Shown here piece by piece: positions 48,845 through 59,635 of a stretch of DNA of 64,000 nt (positions within the stretch are counted from its first letter, which is position 1; each line of letters starts with the position of its first letter). The notes beneath the pieces were generated by a model that saw nothing but the letters and a program-made list of their open reading frames with translations, searched no databases and was not told the DNA's origin. A program made the position numbers and the translations under genes. The stretch comes from Candidatus Gastranaerophilales bacterium (GTDB lineage: Bacteria; Cyanobacteriota; Vampirovibrionia; Gastranaerophilales; Gastranaerophilaceae), in assembly GCA_944324435.1 (NCBI GenBank), contig CALUWH010000006.1:166-64165 (forward strand), read 5' to 3'.

Positions 48845-49024
48845 CTACTTTTTTAAATTAAAAGTATTGTCGTTAATAAAATTGAACAAATTTTCATGCG
48901 ATTGAGCAAGCTTCGCATTAAAGACAGACTGTCTTATAAGCGGATTTGTATTATAGTTTGATTTGTTTTGGGGAAGTGTTCTTAAATTTTGAGAGGACAA
49001 CGAAACCCGGTTATGTATAATCAT
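48845..49024 (-). CDS. Small hypothetical protein (59 aa)
   Basis: ORF just below the track cutoff with an SD-like AAGGAA upstream. No family recognised. Confidence 0.25.
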   Translation of the reverse strand: MIIHNRVSLSSQNLRTLPQNKSNYNTNPLIRQSVFNAKLAQSHENLFNFINDNTFNLKK

Positions 49025-49188
49025 CTCATTCCTTTCGACTAATGTAATATTAAGGGTAATTTTTAAGAAATCAAATAACTTGATATTTCCTCCGCCAAGA
49101 GGCGTTCTTTTATTATAGCCAGAAAAAAATTTTTGCCAAGTGTTTTTTTGAAAAATCAGCCATTTGGATTTAAAAAAATTGACCGAGG

Positions 49189-49217
49189 TTGCGAGAAAAT
49201 CAGGTTTATGTTAGTAT
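49189..49217 (+). promoter_or_regulatory. Candidate efp promoter (-35 TTGCGA, 17-nt spacer, -10 TAGTAT)
   Basis: Hexamers read directly, 37 nt upstream of the efp ATG. Confidence 0.35.
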
Positions 49218-49253
49218 CAGAAAAAAGAGAATACATATAGCTAAGGAGTACGT

Positions 49254-49811
49254 ATGATTTCAGTAAACGATTTAAAGAATGGCTTAACACTAGAATTAGA
49301 TAACGGTTTATGGACGGTTGTAGAGTTTTTACACGTAAAACCGGGAAAGGGTGCAGCTTTTGTAAGAACAAAACTCAAGAATGTTGAATCAGGAAACGTA
49401 ATAGAAAGAACATTCAGAGCCGGTGAAAAAGTTGCAAAAGCCATGCTTGACCGCAGAGAAATGCAATATTTGTACAAAGAAGGCAAAGATTACGTTATGA
49501 TGGATAACGAAACCTACGAACAGCTTCAACTTACGGAAGCACAAGTAGGCGACGGCATTAAGTACCTTAAAGAAAATATGATTGTTCAGGTTCTTATGCA
49601 CGACAAGAGAATTATAGGTGTTGATATTCCTGCACACGTAGAATTGGAAGTTGTTGACACTCCTCCTGCAGAAAAAGGAAACACTGCTCAAGGCGGAACA
49701 AAACCTGCTACTTTGGAAACTGGTGCTGTTGTTCAGGTTCCGTTCTTTGTTTCTAACGGTGACGTAATCAGAGTCGACACCAGAAGTAATGAGTATTTAG
49801 ACAGAGTTTAA
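49254..49811 (+). CDS. efp: Elongation factor P
   Basis: [43 protein letters not shown] is canonical. Confidence 0.95.
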   Translation: MISVNDLKNGLTLELDNGLWTVVEFLHVKPGKGAAFVRTKLKNVESGNVIERTFRAGEKVAKAMLDRREMQYLYKEGKDYVMMDNETYEQLQLTEAQVGDGIKYLKENMIVQVLMHDKRIIGVDIPAHVELEVVDTPPAEKGNTAQGGTKPATLETGAVVQVPFFVSNGDVIRVDTRSNEYLDRV

Positions 49812-49905
49812 GAGTTTTGAAGTTGATGGGTTGAGAAGAGTTTATATATAATGAGCGTAAGCGAATTAAATTCTTATAAACTTCTAAACTGCTCAACTTA
49901 TAAAC
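49812..49905. repeat. Inverted pair of M5-type units after efp
   Basis: gagttttgaagttgatgggttgagaagagtttata versus tataaacttctaaactgctcaacttataaac. Confidence 0.7.
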
Positions 49906-49938
49906 AGGCTTATAGTCAAGCTTTTAAAGGAGAATATA

Positions 49939-50394
49939 ATGAAGTTTGAACCAGAATATATAGAAAAATTAGCGAAAATAATCACAGACAGCGGTCTTAC
50001 CGAAATATCACTGGAAGACGGCGAACAGGCAATAACAATTAGAAAGGACTTGCCTGAAGTAGTTATGTCAGCACCTGCAGTTTCTACAGCGGCTCCGGCA
50101 CCGGCAGCAGCTCCTGCCGCAGCAAGTGTCCCGGCTCCGGCTGCAAAAGACGAGCCGAAAGGAAAAGCTATTACCGCTCCGATGGTAGGAACTTTCTATG
50201 CAGCATCTTCGCCGGATGCAGAGCCGTTTGTAGAAGTCGGCTCTACGGTTGCTGTGGGTGATGTTGTGTGTATTATTGAAGCAATGAAGTTGATGAACGA
50301 GATTAAGGCTGAACAGGCAGGAAAAATCGTTCAAATCTGCGTTAAGAACGGCGACCCGATTGAATACGGTCAAGTTCTTATGTATGTAGAATAG
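49939..50394 (+). CDS. accB: Biotin carboxyl carrier protein
   Basis: Ala/Pro linker and the biotinylation motif [10 protein letters not shown]. Confidence 0.95.
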   Translation: MKFEPEYIEKLAKIITDSGLTEISLEDGEQAITIRKDLPEVVMSAPAVSTAAPAPAAAPAAASVPAPAAKDEPKGKAITAPMVGTFYAASSPDAEPFVEVGSTVAVGDVVCIIEAMKLMNEIKAEQAGKIVQICVKNGDPIEYGQVLMYVE

Positions 50395-50450
50395 TTGTGA
50401 AGCGTGAAGTGTGAGGAGTGAGGCGGTTTTAAAGTTATCCTTCACTCATT
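50395..50450. repeat. M1-type [GTGARGN] block with a partial complementary arm after accB
   Basis: gtgaagcgtgaagtgtgaggagtgaggcgg...ccttcactca. Confidence 0.6.
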
Positions 50451-50522
50451 ACATTTTACAAACATAGCCGGTATGGCAGATAATCTGTCAAAAAATTAGT
50501 CAATGGAACAGGGAATGGGATT

Positions 50523-51875
50523 ATGTTTAAAAAGGTTTTGATAGCAAACAGAGGCGAAATAGCGGTTCGTGTAATCCGCGCTTGCAGAGAGTTAGGTATT
50601 CCAACGGTTGCAATATATTCTCAGGCTGATGCGGAATCACTTCATGTAAGGCTTGCAACAGACGCTTATTGTATAGGGCCTGCACCGAGCACGCAAAGCT
50701 ATTTAAACATTCCTGCAATAATATCTACGGCCTTGATGACAGGCAGTGATGCAATCCATCCGGGTTATGGGTTTATGTCAGAAAGAGCTGATTTTGTTGA
50801 TATTTGTACAAAACATGGTATAAAATTTATCGGCCCTTCTGCAGAATCAATGCGCAAAATGGGCGATAAAGCGACTGCACGTAAGACAATGATAGAGAAC
50901 GATGTTCCTGTAACTCCGGGAACAGGAATTCTGGAAAGTGTAGAGCAGGCAAGAGAGTTTGCTCATAAGGCCGGTTATCCGATAATTCTCAAGGCTACTG
51001 CTGGCGGCGGCGGAAAGGGAATGAGAATTGTAAGAAGCGATGATGAGCTGGAAGTTAATATGAGCTTGTGCCAGCAGGAAGCAGAAAAATTCTTTGGGAA
51101 TCCGGGCGTTTATGCAGAGAAATATCTTGAAAACCCCAGACATATTGAGGTACAGATATTGGGCGATTCTTTCGGGAATGTAATCCATTTAGGCGAAAGA
51201 GATTGTTCTATTCAGAGACGTCACCAGAAATTACTGGAAGAAGCTCCTTCTCCTGCTATTGATGAAAAAACTCGTAAGGAGATGGGTGCAGCGGCTGTTC
51301 GTGCAGCAAAGGCAATTAAGTACGAAGGTGCCGGAACTTGTGAATTCTTGCTGGATCATGACGGAAAATGGTATTTTATGGAAATGAATACCAGAGTTCA
51401 GGTTGAGCACTGTGTAACTGAGATGATTTCTCAAATAGATATTGTAAGAGAACAGATACTTGTTGCATCAGGCAGAAAACTTGGTTATACTCAGGATGAT
51501 GTTCTGCTGAGAGGGCATGCTATTGAGTGGAGAATTAATGGGGAAGATCCTGAACATGACTTTATGCCTTGTCCCGGTAAGATAGACGGTTATTTTGCGC
51601 CGGGAGGATTTGGAATCAGGGTTGATTCGCATGTATATCCGGGGTATTCTATTCCGCCTTACTATGATTCAATGATTGGTAAGTTGATTTGCTGGGGCGA
51701 GAACAGAAATGAGGCAAGACGCAGAATGTATCAAGCTTTGAAAGAGTATGTAGTTACAGGGATTAAGACGACAATACCTTTCCACCAGCAGATTGTAGAA
51801 GATGAAGTCTTTATGAGTGGGAATTTTAATACCGGATTTATTGAAGATTACTACAAGCGTAAGGGCAAAGCGTAA
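50523..51875 (+). CDS. accC: Biotin carboxylase
   Basis: KVLIANRGEIAVRVIRAC and an ATP-grasp GGGGKGMR. Full-length conservation. Confidence 0.95.
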   Translation: MFKKVLIANRGEIAVRVIRACRELGIPTVAIYSQADAESLHVRLATDAYCIGPAPSTQSYLNIPAIISTALMTGSDAIHPGYGFMSERADFVDICTKHGIKFIGPSAESMRKMGDKATARKTMIENDVPVTPGTGILESVEQAREFAHKAGYPIILKATAGGGGKGMRIVRSDDELEVNMSLCQQEAEKFFGNPGVYAEKYLENPRHIEVQILGDSFGNVIHLGERDCSIQRRHQKLLEEAPSPAIDEKTRKEMGAAAVRAAKAIKYEGAGTCEFLLDHDGKWYFMEMNTRVQVEHCVTEMISQIDIVREQILVASGRKLGYTQDDVLLRGHAIEWRINGEDPEHDFMPCPGKIDGYFAPGGFGIRVDSHVYPGYSIPPYYDSMIGKLICWGENRNEARRRMYQALKEYVVTGIKTTIPFHQQIVEDEVFMSGNFNTGFIEDYYKRKGKA

Positions 51876-51884
51876 GTTAGGAAT

Positions 51885-51956
51885 GCGGATGTAATTCAGT
51901 GGTAGAATGCAACCTTCCCAAGGTTGACGTCGCGAGTTCGAGTCTCGTCGTCCGCT
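51885..51956 (+). tRNA. tRNA-Gly (anticodon CCC), no encoded CCA
   Basis: Cloverleaf folded by hand. The acceptor is GCGGATG/CGTCCGC, the anticodon loop is TTCCCAA and the T-arm is GCGAG-TTCGAGT-CTCGT. Confidence 0.9.
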
Positions 51957-51960
51957 AATA

Positions 51961-51988
51961 AAAAAGAGCCATTTATGGCTCTTTTTTA
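51961..51988 (+). terminator. Rho-independent terminator after tRNA-Gly
   Basis: aaagagcca-ttta-tggctcttt followed by a T-run. Confidence 0.8.
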
Positions 51989-52191
51989 TTAGCGAGATGA
52001 CAGTAAGATGAGAACTCCAAGTGCGAAAGCACATAGTTGAGTTTGAGCGACCTGCGAACAGGGTGCGAAGGATTTTCCAAGTGCTAGTTTTAAACGTCCT
52101 GTAAGTTGTCTGTAATAAAATATCTGTGTTCGTATTTACTACGTTACAAGCCTGCCTTATAAACCCGGCAACATGCAAATTGCAATAAACG

Positions 52192-52227
52192 AAAAAATAC
52201 CCACTCCTGATTAATGAAGTGGGTATA
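52192..52227 (-). terminator. Rho-independent terminator of the 52241-53461 gene
   Basis: atacccact/agtgggtat stem with a T-run on the minus strand. Confidence 0.7.
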
Positions 52228-52240
52228 TTATATCAATAGA

Positions 52241-53461
52241 CTATGCTGCAACAAATCTTGCTCCATCTGGTGCCAAGCCTGATTCAAATTCTTTTTTTAC
52301 AGCTTCTTTTACTTCTTTGTTATCGTATAACCAGGCATCAAACTCTGTTGTTCCCGATTTTAAGTCTGTAGGTGCACCTTTTTTCGGGGCTTTCTTTAAT
52401 TGGATATGTGTAATTTCACCTTTTTCATTGACAGAGATTACGTTACCGTTTTTGTCAGTATATTTAAAGTTACCGACCTTAACACCGTCTACGCGGCCTT
52501 TTTCAATCAATGTTCTTACCTGATTATCAACATCGCTGTTTTTATTCAACCAAGCTTTCCATTCAGCCTCTGCAGGTTTATGGTTAATCTCACCCGGAAG
52601 GTTTATTTTACTTGTTACAAGGGCACCGCTTTTGTTGTAGCCTCTTGTATATGTTACTCCGGCATCATCAACCCAGGAGTATTGTATACTGTTATCTACG
52701 AATCCACGGACTTTTTCACCATTTTGGACTTTTGCAATCTTCTTTTCAATCTGGCCTTTTTCAGTTGCGTTCATTTTTTCTAAGAACTCACTTACTTTAT
52801 CTTTATTAACCTTTTTGCCGCCATCTACGATGCTTATGATTTCTCCGTTTTCTACGGTATAAGTTTTCTTGTTATGAGTAAACTGGTATTTAGTTAAATT
52901 TACTCCATCTGTGAGTTTGCCGCCGGTAAACGCATTTGGAATAGTTACGCTGTTATCCGCTATATATTTATTAATTTCACCGGCTTTGTCAAGAACCTTA
53001 TCTTCGCCTTTGATAGCAACCTTGGCAATTTTGCCGTCTTTAACATAAACAATGCTGCCGTCTTTTGCTTTATAGCTGAATTCCTTCATTGCTCTTGTAG
53101 CTTTTTCGGCGGCAGTTTCTGCACCTTTGCCTTTCAGACCACGTAAGATGTTTTTGAAACCTTCTTTGATTCCTTTACCGTTGCCTTTTTTAGCTGCATA
53201 AATCAATGTAGCTGCGCCTGCAACAACCGTACCGCCGACGATTAAGCCTGCATTTGAGCTTTCTTTTTCGTCATCGGAACCCTTAAAGCTCGGTGTAGTT
53301 GTTGTAACAACCGGCTGTTCTATTGTATAATTCTGGGGCTGTGACACCGCTGGTGTCTGCTGTGTTCCCATAAAATTCGGATTGTATGAGTTTAGTGCAT
53401 ACATAAAGTAAGGATCACTTGCATAAGAACCTATACTATTAATTCCATAACCCGGTGCCAT
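52241..53461 (-). CDS. Hypothetical membrane-anchored protein with internal repeats (..KDGSIVYVKDGKI.., ..YTVENGEIISIVDGGK.., ..KNGNVISVNEKGEI..)
   Basis: Long ORF with a Q/P/T-rich N-terminus ending in PSFKG, then a TM segment (LIVGGTVVAGAATLIYAA). No known domain. Confidence 0.6.
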   Translation of the reverse strand: MAPGYGINSIGSYASDPYFMYALNSYNPNFMGTQQTPAVSQPQNYTIEQPVVTTTTPSFKGSDDEKESSNAGLIVGGTVVAGAATLIYAAKKGNGKGIKEGFKNILRGLKGKGAETAAEKATRAMKEFSYKAKDGSIVYVKDGKIAKVAIKGEDKVLDKAGEINKYIADNSVTIPNAFTGGKLTDGVNLTKYQFTHNKKTYTVENGEIISIVDGGKKVNKDKVSEFLEKMNATEKGQIEKKIAKVQNGEKVRGFVDNSIQYSWVDDAGVTYTRGYNKSGALVTSKINLPGEINHKPAEAEWKAWLNKNSDVDNQVRTLIEKGRVDGVKVGNFKYTDKNGNVISVNEKGEITHIQLKKAPKKGAPTDLKSGTTEFDAWLYDNKEVKEAVKKEFESGLAPDGARFVAA

Positions 53462-53598
53462 AAAATACCTGCCTTTCTTAAAGAGTGAAACACTCTTTTG
53501 TAACCTATTTAATTTCCCTTACTTACATAAAGTTTTTTTTGCTTCAAAAATTGCCTTTTTGATTAAATTTGCTTTACAAAACTTAACAATGCGTAACA

Positions 53599-53697
53599 GG
53601 TGAATTCATGAAACAATCGCATCACTATGAATTTAGTTTAGAAGTTGAGAGGTTTAGGAGTTGAGAAGACGTTTTAGGAGTGAATAGTGGAGTAGTG
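53599..53697 (-). repeat. Partial composite element, copy I (conserved terminus plus short M5 and M3-like units)
   Basis: ggtgaattcatgaaacaatcgcatcactatgaatttagtttagaagttgagaggtttaggag... parallels 33687-33760. Confidence 0.75.
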
Positions 53698-53709
53698 TTA
53701 TAATAATTA

Positions 53710-53741
53710 AAAACCTCAAAATTTATGAATTTTGAGGTTTT
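53710..53741 (-). terminator. Terminator hairpin downstream of dnaK
   Basis: aaaacctcaaaat-ttatga-attttgaggtttt (13-bp stem). Confidence 0.6.
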
Positions 53742-53780
53742 TTGATTATTAATTTAACGAATATTATGAAGAAACGCTAA

Positions 53781-55625
<1,845 letters not shown>

Positions 55626-55674
55626 TTATGTCTCCTTTTTAATTAATTATATTTATCAAGGAGTGATTAAAATA

Positions 55675-55717
55675 CTTGATCACCTGATCACTTAGTCACT
55701 TAATCACTGTACTTTTA
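55675..55717 (-). repeat. M2-type block (cttgatcacctgatcacttagtcacttaatcactg) in the dnaK upstream region
   Basis: Read directly, 53-95 nt upstream of the dnaK ATG. Confidence 0.7.
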
Positions 55718-55783
55718 TTAAATCACTTTTTTCAATAAAACCTTAAAAAATAAACAAAAAATTAATTATTTGGATTTCAGGTT

Positions 55784-57178
55784 TTATGGTTTGAGTTTAC
55801 TTAGATCAAGAACCAACGGTTTTTCTTCAGGAGACATTTTATGCAATTTTGACGCAAAACTTTGAATATAGCCTCTGTGCAGGCCTACCTTGCTGAAAGT
55901 TCCGTCATTATACAGCTCAATCATTCTGTCAATATATTTTTGAGAATTTTCATAAGTTTCAGGGTGTTTTTTTAATTGTTCTTCAAAACTTCTATGTCCT
56001 CTTTCTCCGTTGCTGTCTACAGATGCCAGGGCATAGTTGGCAAGAACATCTTCTCCGCCTCTTTTGGCCGGAGTGAGATGCTCGATACTGCCCATGGAGC
56101 CGTATATTAATTCATATCCGATTTTTTCGGAGGAATAACCTGCGGCTTTGACAATAAATGCTGACATGTTTTCTTTTGATGTTGGAAGTTTTAGAGCAGT
56201 CTGAATCATTCTATGCTGGAGTTTGATATCATCCAGCTTATTTAGAATTTTCTTTAAATCATGGATGAAAGATTTACGGTTAAAAGTGTAAATCTGTGGG
56301 ATTTTGTATATTCTGAAACGAGTTTGAACAAACAAATCATTTAATTCTTTGTCATCATATAATGGAGAGGTCATCAAAACTCTATCCATTTGCCTTAGGA
56401 CTTCTGCCTGTTTTTGGCGGTATTTTTGGATGAAACGTGATTTATTTTTTGATTTTATTTTATTTTTTGCTACAGCTTTCTCATACGTTTCTTCTTCTGA
56501 TAAAACAGAAAAATTCCCGGACAGTCGAATAAGTTTTCGGATTGTAGACTGTTCTGCAAATATTCCGCGACGGTTTATACCCTCTGCTGCGCGGTGAAGT
56601 TTATATTGAAATTCTTTAGCACTGAAATCTACAACAACAGGCATGTTGCTTAATTTTTTCTGGGTATATTCCATAAATGCGTCAAATTCCTGACGTAAAT
56701 CTTCCGGCATTTCTTTGGATTGTTCTGTAAGTTTATCAAAAATGGGCTGTTGGGCTGTACGTAGTTTAAGCTGGTGTTCTGCTGCCAGCTCATGTAAAAC
56801 TTCTTCCAAGTTTTTTTTAGGGCTTGTTTTTGCAGCTGTTTGCAGAATGTTGAGGATAGATCTATTGACAGGATTGAGGCATTCTTCAAACGGCATAAGT
56901 GTTTTGACAACGTTTCTCAGGGAACTGGAAAATACTTTATGTTTTAGAAAATGTTGAATATCTTCCGGTGACATCATTATACGCCCTGTATACATATCCG
57001 GAATTCTGTATGGGAGCAGCCTTTTTAGCAGCTCACCGTTTGGCACTCCGCCGGTGAATGAAACTGTATCGCACTTTAAAGCCGGTCTCAAGACTATGCC
57101 TTGAGAATAATCATTATGATTATTGACCGCTGATACAGGGCGATAAAAATTATTCAAACTAATTGGTGTTATTCTCAC
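55784..57178 (-). CDS. Hypothetical protein with a C-terminal His-Me finger (HNH/DUF1524-like) motif
   Basis: aa 364-395 read SIEHLTPAKRGGEDVLANYALASVDSNGERGH, which fits (D/E)H..P...GG...N..L....N..(K/R)G. The rest is unrecognised. Confidence 0.45.
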   Translation of the reverse strand: MRITPISLNNFYRPVSAVNNHNDYSQGIVLRPALKCDTVSFTGGVPNGELLKRLLPYRIPDMYTGRIMMSPEDIQHFLKHKVFSSSLRNVVKTLMPFEECLNPVNRSILNILQTAAKTSPKKNLEEVLHELAAEHQLKLRTAQQPIFDKLTEQSKEMPEDLRQEFDAFMEYTQKKLSNMPVVVDFSAKEFQYKLHRAAEGINRRGIFAEQSTIRKLIRLSGNFSVLSEEETYEKAVAKNKIKSKNKSRFIQKYRQKQAEVLRQMDRVLMTSPLYDDKELNDLFVQTRFRIYKIPQIYTFNRKSFIHDLKKILNKLDDIKLQHRMIQTALKLPTSKENMSAFIVKAAGYSSEKIGYELIYGSMGSIEHLTPAKRGGEDVLANYALASVDSNGERGHRSFEEQLKKHPETYENSQKYIDRMIELYNDGTFSKVGLHRGYIQSFASKLHKMSPEEKPLVLDLSKLKP

Positions 57179-57237
57179 AATAATACAATAACGCTAATAA
57201 AAAAATTTTGCCTGATTGTTACTAAAGTGTTACAAAA

Positions 57238-57268
57238 AGAGCGAGAAATTTTTTTTCTCGCTCTTTTT
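57238..57268 (-). terminator. Terminator hairpin downstream of secF
   Basis: aaagagcgagaaa-ttttt-tttctcgctcttt (13-bp stem). Confidence 0.75.
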
Positions 57269-57275
57269 AATATCT

Positions 57276-58238
57276 TTAAGCTGCTGCTGCAGTTTTTGTC
57301 GATTTTTTCTTGTCTTCCCATATATCAACTAGCACTGAGCAGAAGAATATACTTGAATAAGTACCGATTGCGATACCTAAAATCATCGCAAGTACAAAGT
57401 CTTTTGTCGTTACACCGCCAAAGAAGTACAATGCTGTTAATGTAATCAATGTTGTCAAAGACGTGTTGATACTTCTGGCAAGTGTCTGTTGGATACTTGA
57501 ATTCATTATTTCGCTGAAAGTCATTTTCTTTGAATAATACTTCAAGTTTTCACGCACCCTGTCAAATACAACGATAGTATCATGTACAGAGAAGCCTATT
57601 ACGGTCAGAAGTGCCGTTACGAATAAACCGTCAATTTGTACGTCATAAAGAAGTCCGAATATTGAAAACATACCGATTACAAAAAGCGCGTCATGCAAAA
57701 GCCCGAGTATCGCAGCAAGCGCATAATCAAACTGGAATCTGAACGTCAGATAAGCAATAATTCCCAGAAGCGCCAGAGACAAAGCAATTAAAGAGTTTTT
57801 AAATAACTCTGACCCCATTGTCGGCCCTACGGATGATACCTGAACAAGCTCCGGTGATTGGAATTCCTGACCTACAATGTTTGTAATATTATTCTGGTCT
57901 GCAGAACCTTCGTCAATAAACTTTGTTCTGATAGAAAGGATTGCTTTCAAATCAGTGCTTTCCTGTGAATTAACATTGATAATCTGCAGGTAAGGATTTT
58001 CTATTCCGCCCTGCTCAAGTTTTGCTCTTACATCCGCAAGTTTATCGTTAGTGATAGATTCTTTCAAACCATATTGCAAAGTCGTTCCGCCTGTATAGTC
58101 AATACCGACTTTCAGCGGAGTATGCGTAGGATAAGTTACTGTTGAATAAATCATCGCAACTATACCCGGCAAAAGCAGAATTGCCGAAAGTAAGAGAAAT
58201 AAGAATCTGTATTTTACTATGTCTAATTTAAATTTCAT
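57276..58238 (-). CDS. secF: Protein translocase subunit SecF
   Basis: Typical SecF TM layout, with GIDYTGGT and FSVHDTIVVFDRVREN blocks. Confidence 0.9.
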   Translation of the reverse strand: MKFKLDIVKYRFLFLLLSAILLLPGIVAMIYSTVTYPTHTPLKVGIDYTGGTTLQYGLKESITNDKLADVRAKLEQGGIENPYLQIINVNSQESTDLKAILSIRTKFIDEGSADQNNITNIVGQEFQSPELVQVSSVGPTMGSELFKNSLIALSLALLGIIAYLTFRFQFDYALAAILGLLHDALFVIGMFSIFGLLYDVQIDGLFVTALLTVIGFSVHDTIVVFDRVRENLKYYSKKMTFSEIMNSSIQQTLARSINTSLTTLITLTALYFFGGVTTKDFVLAMILGIAIGTYSSIFFCSVLVDIWEDKKKSTKTAAAA

Positions 58239-58263
58239 TATCGTTTCCCTTTATTTTTCTTTA

Positions 58264-59565
58264 TTAGTCTAAGATACCAAACTTAGCTTTCTCGCGAGAA
58301 GTTTCAACAGATTGGAATCCTTCATTGATTTCACTTTTCTTCAAACCGAACCATTCCGGATGAACAAGTTTACCTGTACCAAAGATTAAGTGCATAAAGT
58401 TTCTTGTAATAGTAATCGCACTAAACATAGAAACGATTACACCAACTGCAAGCGTCAGAGCAAAACCTTTAACGACGCTTGTGCCGCAGCAATACAGAAT
58501 TGCACAGGTAATAATTGTTGTCATGTTTGAATCGAAAATACTTGTAAAGGCTCTGTCAAAACCTGAATTAATCGCCGTAAACAATGTACGTCCTGCTTTT
58601 AATTCCTCTTTTGTTCTCTCAAAAATCAAGATATTCGCATCAACCGCCATACCGATACTCAGGATAAAACCTGCAATACCCGCAAGTGTTAATGTAATCG
58701 GAATTGCTTTAAACAGTGCGAACAAGAAAATACCGTATATAATCAACGCAACGTCTGCGATTAAACCCGGAGCCCTGTAGTATAAAGCCATAAACAGCAT
58801 TACAAACCCTAAACCTACAGCACCTGCAACTTTTGATTTTGCAATACTGTCAGCACCTAAAGTCGGGCCTACAGTGTTTTCCTCAACGATTTTTGCAGGA
58901 ACCGGAAGCGCACCTGCGTTTAGAAGGTCAACCATTTTCTTTGCTTCTTCATAAGCAAAACCGCTGTCTCCGCCGGAAATTTGAGCTCGGCCGCCGGTGA
59001 TTGCTTCTCTGATAACAGGAGCTGACTGAAGTTCGCCGTTAAAGAAGATTGCCATTGGCTGGCCTACAAGCTGTTTTGTTAAATCAGCAAATTTCTTTGT
59101 ACCTGCACCGTTAAATTCCAAATCTACAACCCATTGGCCGTTTTGTGAATTTGTACTCAGATTGGCTCTGGTCAAATCTTTACCTGTCAAGTCCGTTGCT
59201 TCCCATTCAGGCATTCCGTCTTTCATAACAGGCTTTCTGAAATCAAGCTCGGCTGTTTCACCAAGATAAGCCTTTGCTTGCTCTAAATCTGATACGTCCG
59301 GGATTTCAACAATAAGTCTCTTGTCTCCGGATCTTTGAACTACAGTTTCTGCAACACCGAGTTTATTAACCCTGTTTTCTATTGCAAACTGAAGGCTTGA
59401 CATCATATCAGGTGTTACCTGAGCGTTAGTAGGATTAGCTTCCAGTACAAGACGCGAGCCGCCTACCAAATCCAAACCGAGCTTTGTCGGCTTGGTAAAA
59501 ATTACCACTGTTGCGGTGATAACAAGTGCGACTATCACCCAAAACAGTATTAACTTGTTTTTCAT
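58264..59565 (-). CDS. secD: Protein translocase subunit SecD
   Basis: LGLDLVGGSRL and GMAVDANILIFERTKEE blocks, upstream of secF. Confidence 0.9.
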   Translation of the reverse strand: MKNKLILFWVIVALVITATVVIFTKPTKLGLDLVGGSRLVLEANPTNAQVTPDMMSSLQFAIENRVNKLGVAETVVQRSGDKRLIVEIPDVSDLEQAKAYLGETAELDFRKPVMKDGMPEWEATDLTGKDLTRANLSTNSQNGQWVVDLEFNGAGTKKFADLTKQLVGQPMAIFFNGELQSAPVIREAITGGRAQISGGDSGFAYEEAKKMVDLLNAGALPVPAKIVEENTVGPTLGADSIAKSKVAGAVGLGFVMLFMALYYRAPGLIADVALIIYGIFLFALFKAIPITLTLAGIAGFILSIGMAVDANILIFERTKEELKAGRTLFTAINSGFDRAFTSIFDSNMTTIITCAILYCCGTSVVKGFALTLAVGVIVSMFSAITITRNFMHLIFGTGKLVHPEWFGLKKSEINEGFQSVETSREKAKFGILD

Positions 59566-59635
59566 TTATATGTACTCCTTATACCCTTTTTTATAATAAT
59601 ATCCCAAATATGAAAATAAATCTTACCTCATCGGG

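Noticed and set aside
51669-52178. 169-aa minus-strand ORF spanning the accC 3' end, tRNA-Gly and its terminator.
   Set aside because: It runs antisense through a tRNA gene and a terminator hairpin and through conserved accC. It is not plausible as a gene.
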